DNA of 10,903 bases from Geosiphon pyriformis uo1 (Eukaryota > Fungi > Glomeromycota): assembly GCA_016748015.1 (NCBI GenBank), contig JAAOMT010000014.1, forward strand, positions 14,131 through 25,033, read 5' to 3'. Shown piece after piece: positions 1 to 8,606 of the stretch (position 1 is its first letter; each line of letters opens with the position of its first letter). The notes beneath the pieces are model-generated. The model searched no databases, was not told where the DNA came from, and worked only from the letters and a program-made list of their open reading frames with translations. Both the position numbers and the translations under genes were made by a program.

Positions 1-2
1 GT

Positions 3-572
3 GACTGGTCTTGTGATTGTTTTTTTGCTGGTCTCTTTTTCGGATTCCGATTCAGACTCCTCTTCACGGTTTTCAAACTCCGTTCTAAATTTTGGCTGAA
101 AAAGAGAGTTTTGGAATAGTAATGAATATCCTCCTGTAATTGGTATGTCTCCCCAGTTACGTTGTTTAATTTTATCAATATAACTAGGAGTTCTTGGCGT
201 TTGTGGAGTTGATGTTGATGATGATGCAGCTCCTAATGGAATTTGTATCTTATTTTCTGGTGAAAAATGGTATGATTTATCTTCTGGTGAATAAATACAT
301 TGTTTCTTTATTGATTGAGTGACAGTTTTCTTTGGCGTTTGAGCTGGTGTTCCTAGTTTTTGCTGGTTACTTTCCTGATTAGTTTCTAAATTTTCTTTGG
401 TTTTGTTGGCGCGTTCCCTAGTGTTTTCTGTGGATATTGGAAAATTTTCATTGGCATATTGCTCAATTTCTCGATAGATTTTGACAATAGTTGCGGCTAT
501 TACTGCTACTTCTTTTGTAGTGTATTGTGATAATTCTCTATACAATCCAAGTTTTGCGTCGTGTGGTTCTTC
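3..572 (-). pseudogene. Fragment of gag-like N-terminal region of a related LTR retroelement (runs off the window edge and into an N gap)
   Basis: Stop-free minus frame of 190 codons, absent from the ORF track: EEPHDAKLGLYRELSQYTTKEVAVIAATIVKIYREIEQYANENFPIST, then an S/T/P-rich linker, then EEESESESEKE. Same motif order as the main element's pre-capsid region (FYNNLAHYSQ...IIKYCEKTYP, S/T/P linker, EEESIDSENEE). Confidence 0.6.
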
Positions 573-1002
573 NNNNNNNNNNNNNNNNNNNNNNNNNNNN
601 NNNNNNNNNNNNNNNNNNNNNNNNNNNNNNNNNNNNNNNNNNNNNNNNNNNNNNNTAGTAACAACGTGAATAATCTTGATCAAGGATTATTCTTCTAAGG
701 GATTCAGTTGATGAATGATAGTTTCATTCAATAAATAATACAAGTAAGTTTTTTAATATTTTGGGTTGTGATAGTTCCATTTTAAATATTCTTTTTCATT
801 TCTTTTTGATTTTTAAAGGTTTCTTGGGATATTTAATTTGAAAGTATAATTTAAAGTGGAGTTTGTCAGATAAAATTGGATCTGTTGCTTGATAAGTTAT
901 GATTTTTTATTACTTGATTGATTATTTCCCAATATTAAAACTATTGTATATATACATGTTTGTAGTTCTACGAGAAAATACTTTTTTTTTGATATTTCAA
1001 CC

Positions 1003-1087
1003 TGGTGTTTGCTGCTATCACCAGTTGGTGTTGGCTGCTATTGTGAACTGGTGCTTGCCACTATCGCGAGATGGTGTTTGCTACTAT
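1003..1087. repeat. 4 x 23-bp imperfect tandem repeat
   Basis: tggtgtttgctgctat (1003), tggtgttggctgctat (1026), tggtgcttgccactat (1049), tggtgtttgctactat (1072); exact 23-bp period. Confidence 0.85.
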
Positions 1088-1222
1088 GTTAATCATTACC
1101 TTTCTAAGATTATTACTGTGCTATATTATGATTGAATNNNNNNNNNNNNNNNNNNNNTTAAATTAGAGAATTCAAATATATATAGCATTCAAAAAACAGC
1201 AAAAAACAATAAAACTTTCAAT

Positions 1223-1936
1223 ATGAACTTGTTAAATCAAATTCTACAACTCTTAAAACAATTATTTAATGTAATTCAACAATCTTCTGCTCAAATAGAA
1301 GTGACAATTGATAGAAAAAAGATATGATATAAAGATAAAAGTAAAAAAAAAAAGAACAAAAGTTCAACTAAAACTAAATGGTCCTACTTTTACTCAATGC
1401 CTAAGAGAAAAAATTGGCAAAAAGCTTCTTCTTGGGTGGAACCAGAAATAAAAAAAGTTTATAAAAGATATGTGGTCTCTGAGCTTGAAAAAATCAAAAA
1501 AGCTTTAGCTTATAGGACCAAACTTCCCAAAACAGAGGAGTGGACATTAGACAATGCCCAGAAATGGAAAGAGAAACTTCTATCAGCATATTGGTTCTAC
1601 AAAATTGGTAAACAATTAGATTTGAAAACATTATATGAAGACTTTAGCCAGAAAACTTTTAACAAAAAAGCAATATAACAAGTAGAGAAATTCATAGGAA
1701 AAAGCAATCTGACCCTATATTACAAAGCAGCATATTGACTATATGCTGCTTTCCAATATTGTCTAAATGTACTATTATATAGATCTATAAAAACTATAAT
1801 AGTTAACAATATAATACAAATAACCAATTAATAGTTTGAAGACCTATAAAGAACAATACTCAACACAATTATCAAATACTATATAAATAAAGTCATGATA
1901 ACAAATATATATGATTTTGCAGGAGCTCAATTCTAA
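1223..1936 (+). pseudogene. Decayed accessory 3' ORF of an LTR element (basic/helical protein, unknown function)
   Basis: One frame from ATG 1223 (includes track ORF 1397-1678) continues without frameshift through several point stops to ...YDFAGAQF*. It ends at a PPT, and its C-terminal part aligns ungapped with 9115-9246. Confidence 0.65.
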
Positions 1937-1947
1937 AAAGAGAGAGA
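1935..1947 (+). other. Polypurine tract of the left LTR element
   Basis: aaaaagagagaga, then taa, then TGTTA. Same layout as the main element (gaggaggagg-tta-LTR) and preceded by the same GGAGCTCA motif. Confidence 0.65.
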
Positions 1948-1950
1948 TAA

Positions 1951-2897
1951 TGTTATCCGAATAGAAAAACCAATCCAAAGTTATGACCAAAATGTGACAT
2001 AATACAGAATAATATACAATAATGTAAGATAACACAGAATAATGCATTATAATATGGGATAATACAAAATAATATGTAATAATACCAGATAAAGTGTTAT
2101 AACATAGGATAACTAGTACTAATGTAAAAGAATGAAGTAATTACAGAAATAGCAAAGCAATAGTTAATAATAACAGAACAATCAGAAAGCAATTCTGTAA
2201 AACCAAAAAAATATATAAAAATGAGTAGTTGAGGAAAGTAAAAAAACAGATAGATATAAACCACTAGACAAGAATCAAATATCCTTACTCCTTCTATTAT
2301 TTATTCTATTCTATCTTTATCTTCTAAAATAAATCAATTATTGAGAAATTAGAATCATGAATTTATGTTCTCGAACTTTGTGAATTTTATGTGAATTAAT
2401 TATTGTTTCATATCTTTGTTTTAGGACAGATGCTCTTAGTATAATTGTCTTAAACTATTAACAATTTGGACCAATGACTCTTGATTACAGTGATTTACAA
2501 TAATAATTCTTTTTTTTCTTTCTTTTTTTTATTTTTTTTTTATTTTTATTTTTTTTATTTATTTTTTTTATTTTTTGTGAAATGGCAACATAGTAAAATT
2601 AACTGTCTAGAAATAAACTTTGTGATAGCCTGGTAAAAAAAAAAAGCTCCTTCTAGGTTTTTGGATATTAATGTTATCTTGATAGCTTACCAGAAGGACG
2701 AAAAGACAATGCTAGATCCTAATAATTATGCTTATTTTTATAAGAAATTGCAATTAATGAGAACCAAAACTCTGTGTCTTATAACTAAAGAACTCAATGG
2801 GTAAATTTACAACCAGTAAAATAAGACTTTTAGAGACTGATAATCAAGATTAAGCCACCAGAATTATGCAAAACATGCCTTACCAATAATTGAGAAC
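1951..2897 (+). mobile_element. Probable 3' LTR of a sister LTR retroelement; right end not visible (probably in or near the gap 2898-3168)
   Basis: Starts TGTTA right after a PPT. Internal order is repeat array, TATAAA (2255), AATAAA (2328), long T-rich tract (~2507-2577), which parallels the main LTR. Confidence 0.55.
1991..2126. repeat. 14 x 10-bp tandem array, consensus AAYRYRNNAT
   Basis: Consecutive decamers aatgtgacat, aatacagaat, aatatacaat, aatgtaagat, aacacagaat, aatgcattat, aatatgggat, aatacaaaat, aatatgtaat, aataccagat, aaagtgttat, aacataggat, aactagtact, aatgta. Confidence 0.9.
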
Positions 2898-3168
2898 NNN
2901 NNNNNNNNNNNNNNNNNNNNNNNNNNNNNNNNNNNNNNNNNNNNNNNNNNNNNNNNNNNNNNNNNNNNNNNNNNNNNNNNNNNNNNNNNNNNNNNNNNNN
3001 NNNNNNNNNNNNNNNNNNNNNNNNNNNNNNNNNNNNNNNNNNNNNNNNNNNNNNNNNNNNNNNNNNNNNNNNNNNNNNNNNNNNNNNNNNNNNNNNNNNN
3101 NNNNNNNNNNNNNNNNNNNNNNNNNNNNNNNNNNNNNNNNNNNNNNNNNNNNNNNNNNNNNNNNNNNN

Positions 3169-4208
3169 ATATCTGATATTTTGAGACAGCTCTTGTTTTA
3201 CAATTCTGTTTTTTTTTGAAATGGTTTAGTGTGCCATTTGGTAACAAACTTCTGGACAAGAAAAGGAATGTGATGAACTGAAAAACATTTTGACAGTAGA
3301 AAAGATTGGATCTGAGAGGCTCTGTGTCTTACTGATTTGTATTGGCTTCTAAATTTATGAGAAATAATGCTTTTTTAAAAAATGAGTTTGATAGTAATTT
3401 CAGGTTGTCTGTGTTAAATGTCTTGAATTCTGAGAAATTTTTTAATGTGCATAATAGTTTATTGGAGATTTGATCAAATTGTATTGAGATTTACATAGAT
3501 GAATTCTTAAAAAGTACTGGTTCTGCTAAGGTAATAAGTAAGGTAGCTGCTTACTTTTTAGTTGTGAATATGAGTATTAGATTCAAAATATTTGGGCTTT
3601 TGTTTTTTACTTTGGCTAAGTTGTAAGCTATTGCTTTGACTTTGAAGTATATTTTATTTTCTTGTGCTGTAGTTTTATATTTGGATAGTCAATTTGCAAT
3701 TAATGCTTGTATATCTGAAGTTTTGTTTGCTGTGCCAGATTTCTGCAGTCAATATTAGATTGAAAGATTGTATATAGCCAATTTTATTAGGGATAAAAGT
3801 ATTTTAGTTAAATAAATGAAAGTTAAGAGACATTCAGAGATTTTGAACAATATTAGGGCTAATAAATTGGCTAGCAAGACCACTTCTATTTCTTTTTCTT
3901 TGCCAGTTGGAATTTGAAAATGGTTTTTGGTTGCTAAGAGTGTCTGATAATGTTCATTATTTTGTTCATGATTTGTATCAGTCAATTTGCTATGCTTATT
4001 GGAAAACTGGTCTTAGTTATAATATGGTTCTAAATATTATGATTAAAGAAATAAATTGGGCTGTTTTGCAATCATTTTCAATGTATTCTTTAGATATGGG
4101 TCTTTATGCTGTGATTTGCAAAGATTTTGTGTTGAAGAATTGGCTTACTGAAACTGTTTTAGTCTTTAAAGAAATCAAAAAGACTGCTTTAGTTATTGTT
4201 GAATACAT
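3169..4208 (+). pseudogene. Decayed non-LTR (LINE-like) retrotransposon ORF2 3' part with RNase H domain (~3486-3875)
   Basis: Degenerate RNase HI motifs in order in one frame: IYIDEFL (YTDGS), TLAKL*AIALTL (AELxAI), LYLDSQFAI (DSQ), *MKVKRHSEILNNIRANKLA (WxKVKGHSGxxGNxxADxLA). Stops throughout and frameshifts near 3215 and 3940. Confidence 0.8.
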
Positions 4209-4424
4209 TGTTACCAGACAAAATTAGAGATATTATTTAGCATGAAATTACTCTTATAAATCTTATTATTAATTAACATATATTATTGTTTCAAATTTTT
4301 ACTTATTACATTAGCAAAATGTCCGAAATTATCATTTAATTAATAACCCAATTTGTACATAACACAAATGTAACCTAAGTGCAATGATCAATCATGCAAT
4401 ACTTCGAAATATATAACATTCAAA

Positions 4425-4538
4425 AGTTGACCAAAATTTGTAGAAATTTGCTAAAATAATTAATAGTTTACCGAAATATCTAATAGTTTGCAGAAATAAC
4501 TTGTAGTTCACCAAAATGTATCTTTAGTTCAGCAAAAT
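4425..4538. repeat. 6 x ~20-bp phased motif array in U3 (inferred core AGTTCGCCGAAAT); also at 10092-10205
   Basis: agttgaccaaaat 4425, aatttgctaaaat 4445, agtttaccgaaat 4465, agtttgcagaaat 4485, agttcaccaaaat 4505, agttcagcaaaat 4526. Confidence 0.85.
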
Positions 4539-4588
4539 TGTAGAAAAGAGCAAAGTTCAAGTTCATAGAATAGTGTTATAACAAGTCG

Positions 4589-4596
4589 TATAAAAG
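4589..4596 (+). promoter_or_regulatory. Putative LTR TATA box (AATAAA candidates at 4672 and 4683)
   Basis: TATAAAAG in both LTRs, ~50 bp downstream of the U3 array. The AT-rich context lowers specificity. Confidence 0.5.
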
Positions 4597-4893
4597 AAGA
4601 GCTTCTCTCTTCGAGAAAATGTATTTTACTTCAGATTCAACAATTAAAATTATCTTTTATACACAAAACAAAATAAATATCAAATAAATTTGAAAAGCCA
4701 AATTCTTAATTATTTCCCTTGAAATTAACCAATTCCTACCAACAGTTTGAAATTGACTAGCTACCAATTTCAGTAAACTGTTAAAACACTTCCAGGCCTA
4801 GATCCGAAATGACTTTAACAAATCAATTCCTCATTTTTCTTTCTTTGTTTTTCTTTTTCTTTTTCTTCTTTTCTTATCATAATCATTAGGGTA

Positions 4894-5016
4894 GCCTACA
4901 GACAAAAATTCCTGTAGAAGAGTTGACTTTCACAGTAAAGTAACTACACATATTTAGTAAGCTTCCAGATGAGCAATTCCTGGGAAAGAGTTGACGTTTA
5001 CCACAACGTAACTACA
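4894..5016 (+). other. Duplicated two-hairpin RNA module in LTR (units 4894-4948 and 4961-5016; also 10549-10671)
   Basis: Direct repeat with 68-nt offset sharing aattcctg...aagagttgac...gtaactaca. The stems differ between units but stay paired. Confidence 0.7.
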
Positions 5017-5197
5017 TAAAGTAACTGGCATGGAATTGGCCATTCCACTTATAAGCCCAGCAGTTCAAATTATAGGAAATAATTTGAAGATAAATTCAGT
5101 TATTGGAGGTTCAACCACATTCAGAAAACATAAATTCACAGCAAACAGATATCAACAACATTCAAAAAAAGAGACCAAAAAAACTTCCAGTAATATT

Positions 5198-5215
5198 TGG
5201 TGCTCTTCCACGGAA
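5198..5215 (+). other. Primer binding site (18 nt)
   Basis: TGGTGCTCTTCCACGGAA, 2 nt after the 5' LTR. The reverse complement TT-CCGTG-GAAGAGC-A-CCA fits tRNA positions 59-76, including conserved C61. tRNA identity not determined. Confidence 0.85.
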
Positions 5216-5972
5216 ATAACACAGCAACAATAAATTCAAAGTGGTGACCACACTAGATGCAACAACTCTAGAGTATTACCAGTCAATTTACATCCATTGC
5301 AAGCAAAGATTCAACATTCCAGACGGAATTGAAGTTGTCAAGAAATCAGTATACTAATACATTGAAAACTGTATCAACAATTATCTTTTTGGAAATTACA
5401 ATATCTCAGAAGTTAGAAGCAACTTTTACAATAATTTAGCACACTATTCACAGTTGGGAACTGAAGACCTTAACAGTGAAACACTTGCCACTTACTTTCA
5501 AGAACTTAATTTTAACATTATCAAGTACTGTGAAAAAACATATCCAGTGCAGTCTCAATACTCTATTGATTTTGAATTGGAGACAGAAACAAGCAACAAA
5601 GGCAAACACAAATTAAAACAATACTCAAAAACCACCTCAAATACTCCAATACTACTAAAAACAACTGCCAAACACTTACAAACACCTGAACAAAGAACCA
5701 GTTCAAAACTTCCACTCACTATCACACCTTTTTCAGCTTCACTTGCACAAACACAAACACTTAATTCACCCTTGAATCAATTTGCAAGACCAGAAGATTT
5801 TACATCACTCAGAAGTCTCACCAGATAGCAAAAATCTCTTCAAACTAATTCCAATCTTCTTGATTTTCTAGCTGAAAATCAAAGTGAACACTCTAAGACA
5901 ACAGTAAACAAAGAAAATGACTTTAAAATAACTGAAGAAGAATCAATAGACAGTGAAAATGAAGAAAATGAA

Positions 5973-6480
5973 ATAACAGCATACATCACAAAAATCTCTG
6001 AATTTAATAGAGAAGACATTGAGACCAGTCCCCAAGAATGGCTCAACCAAGTTACTAAAGCTGGAGATGCAAATAGATGGAATGCTGCCAGAATGTTAAG
6101 AACAATTTCCTACTTTCTCAAAGGAACAGCAGGAGAATGGCTTGAAAACTTGGCTACTCCATTCAATGATTGGGACACTTTCAAAGCAGCCTTCCTTGAA
6201 CAGTTCACTGACAATAATACTTTCATTACCCTTCGAAATCAGTTTTGCAATATTAAATAAGAATTCTTTAAATCTGTTATGACTTATATTGAGAAATTCA
6301 ACAAACTTCTCAAACAAATTCACCAACTCGAAACAAATGATTATTATTCTGATGCTCAAATCTTGGATCAGTTTATCGCTGGTCTAAAAGATAAACTAAT
6401 TAAAAAAATTCGCCCACATGTCCCAGAAGATTTAAACTCTGCCATACAGCATGCAAAAAGATATGAAATGGCCATAGAAA
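5973..6480 (+). pseudogene. gag: Gag capsid domain (retrotransposon gag type)
   Basis: ISEFNREDIETSPQEWLNQV...YFLKGTAGEWLE...DWDTFKAAFLEQF...IK*EFFKSVMTYIEKF (major homology region QxxxESVxxYxxxF)...LDQFIAGL. Confidence 0.9.
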
Positions 6481-6677
6481 AGGCCAATTACACAAAACTT
6501 GTAAATTTGGCAATTAGAGAAACCAGCTCAGCAGCTGAGGAAAAAATTGACCAACTCACAAAGAAGATTGAAAACTATTTCACCAATCAACAACAACAGC
6601 AATCCCAAAGATATCAACCACTTCAAAGATGAAATCAAAATAACTTTGCACCACTTTCTAATAACCAGCCTCAGAAT

Positions 6678-6719
6678 TGCCATTACTATGGAATCTCTGA
6701 CCACTGAAAAAGAGATTGC
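6678..6719 (+). other. Decayed CCHC zinc knuckle
   Basis: C-H-Y-Y(tat from tgt)-G-I-S-D-H-*(tga from tgg)-K-R-D-C matches CX2CX4HX4C; followed by a Q/P/Y-rich region. Confidence 0.85.
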
Positions 6720-7277
6720 AAAAAGCTACAATGAGACCAACAAAATAGGAGTAATCAATGTTACCCTCTACCACAGCAATTCTATTATCAACTACCACTA
6801 CCAACTTACTATCCACCAAGATCCCAATACCAAAGTAACTATTATCAGCCCACCCCACAGCCAATCCAACAGCAATACCAACAACCACCCACACAATATT
6901 ATCAAGTACCTGCTTGAAGACTGATTACACAAAATCAATTCACACCACAAAACCAATACCAAGTAAACAACAATAGAATCAGTTCGAACAACCAATTGGT
7001 TCCCCAAAATTCTGCTCAACTAAGACCCAACCACTATCACACTTAACCTAATTATTTAATAATGCCAGAAGAACAGAATTTTCACCATACTGCACTTTCG
7101 GAAGGTAGAGCTGCAGCACAACAATAAAATCTTTTCTATACTCCCACCACAATCCCACCAGCCAGAATTACTGAAAACGCCAACCTTTCAGATATATTCT
7201 CTTTTGAGTTCGAGACAAATGAGTCACCATTTCTGCTTAGCAATGCAGCTGCCAATGAACAAAAAGCAATTATGGCT

Positions 7278-7640
7278 ATGTACACTGAAGCAGAAGTCAA
7301 AGGAAAGGCAATTCGATTGATCCTAGACAGTGGATCTGCCAGAAGCATTATTACTTACCAGTTAATGCAACAGTTAAAGAGAAATGTCAACTGACCAGCT
7401 CAAACAGTAATTATTACTGCCAATGGCATGAAAAAAACTCCAGTAGGAGAAATTGACAATTTTCTGTTTACTCTTGATGAAATCACCATTCCAGTCAAAG
7501 TTCTTGTAATGAATGCGCCCTAGTATTAAGTCCTAGTCAGAAATGATTGGCTTCAAAAAGCCAATGCAAAATTAGACTGGAAAACCCAAGAATTACAACT
7601 CTCCTATCAAGGACAACATAACTGAATACCCACTACTTGT
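7278..7640 (+). pseudogene. Retropepsin-like aspartic protease domain
   Basis: IRLILDSGSARSII (DSG at 7326-7334), flap ITANG, and LVRNDWL (decayed LxGxDWL) at 7533-7553. Confidence 0.9.
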
Positions 7641-7880
7641 GGTACATTCAACAAATGCTTTGAAAAAGCCCCAGTTTTTGAATTCGAACTGGAAGAAGAA
7701 AAGCCCATCATTGAAACATTTATGGCACTTGGATCAACCTCAAATTGGGCCAATGAAATTGAACAACAGTACTTTTCAACAAATGATTCTCTTGAAACAA
7801 AAGAACCAGTAACAACCGGATGAAATGTCCCCTATTCAAAACCAGAATCATAAAAACAATGCCCCTACATTCCACTCAAA

Positions 7881-8480
7881 TGCAAGAACTGCCACAAGAA
7901 ACTCTCCTCAATGGGAGCCTGCATTTCACCTGAAGAAGAATATGAAAATCATACTTGTTATTACTGCAAGACTTGCCATAGAGAACGATGGGACCATTTA
8001 ATAAAAAGAAGCAAAAAATGGGATAACACCTCTTGTTTGACTTGTGGAGATATGCTATCAGAAGAATGCAATTGGATTGATATAGCAATAAGAGGAGGAG
8101 TCTGTGATCAGACCTGCCAATATGTTTTATCAATTTCAGAAAAAGTAAAAAGAGAAACACTCTTTAATGCAACATACAACAGTGCTCTCAACAAACTTTA
8201 TCATTACTCCCATAATGCTGAGATGATTTTTGATCTAGCAATGGCATTAATTAATGGAGCTATCAAAGAAGATGTCTGTTAAATGAAGAAAGCAGAATAC
8301 ATTGAATACACCTTAGAATTAGCTGGATTCAATTATGAAAACGAAGTAGAAGTCTATCACAAAATTGCAAGTTACACCTACCCAACCCAAAAAGCTCAAA
8401 TTCGACAATTAGAGCAAATAAACATTAGGCTATGTGAAGAATGCATTATGCCTTGTAATGAACAGTGGTGTCCTGAATGC
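7881..8480 (+). other. Cys-rich region with three putative zinc-binding modules
   Basis: CKNC...CYYCKTC; CLTC...CDQTC; CEECIMPCNEQWCPEC. Confidence 0.7.
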
Positions 8481-8606
8481 TATGCTCCTAGCATCCCCTT
8501 GCTTGACGAAAATAATGAGAACGAAATTGAATTTGGAAAACCTAAAGCAATGGAAGAAATTGAAACAACACTTATCTATCTTATTAAAAATCAGTCTGTC
8601 TTACAA

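Larger units (their letters stand above)
4209..5195 (+). repeat. 5' LTR (987 bp)
   Basis: Begins tgttaccag, ends ccagtaata (CA to TA), aligns to 9876-10848 and is followed by the PBS. Confidence 0.95.

Noticed and set aside
1003-1087. CRISPR-like repeat/spacer pattern
   Set aside because: The 16-bp repeats are degenerate, the 7-bp linkers are far too short, there are no cas genes, and the context is eukaryotic.
899-1135. 78-aa ORF
   Set aside because: AT-rich low-complexity sequence plus translation of the 23-bp repeat, with no recognisable motif.
1844-2047. Minus-strand 67-aa ORF with repeats
   Set aside because: It is the antisense translation of the 10-bp array and the 3' ORF.
2458-2480. 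taaca-at-ttgg as an LTR end plus PBS for the left element
   Set aside because: This LTR follows a PPT, so it is a 3' LTR and no PBS is expected; LTR-like layout also continues beyond this point.
2864-3259. ORFs spanning N runs (also 481-669 and 9399-9719)
   Set aside because: Artefacts of assembly gaps.
4425-4538. CRISPR array or heat-shock element
   Set aside because: A 20-bp period is too short for CRISPR. The core is TTC-n3-GAA, not the TTC-n2-GAA spacing of an HSE.
4961-4990. Hammerhead ribozyme (cagatgag...gaaa)
   Set aside because: The core is CAGATGA, not CTGATGA, in both LTRs; unit 1 lacks it; no stem II closes onto GAAA.
6096-8160. Minus-strand and alternate-frame ORFs (6096, 6547, 6658, 6798, 7136, 7876)
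   Set aside because: These are shadows of the biased gag-protease coding strand. The hydrophobic look of 6658-7019 comes from antisense CAA/CCA repeats.
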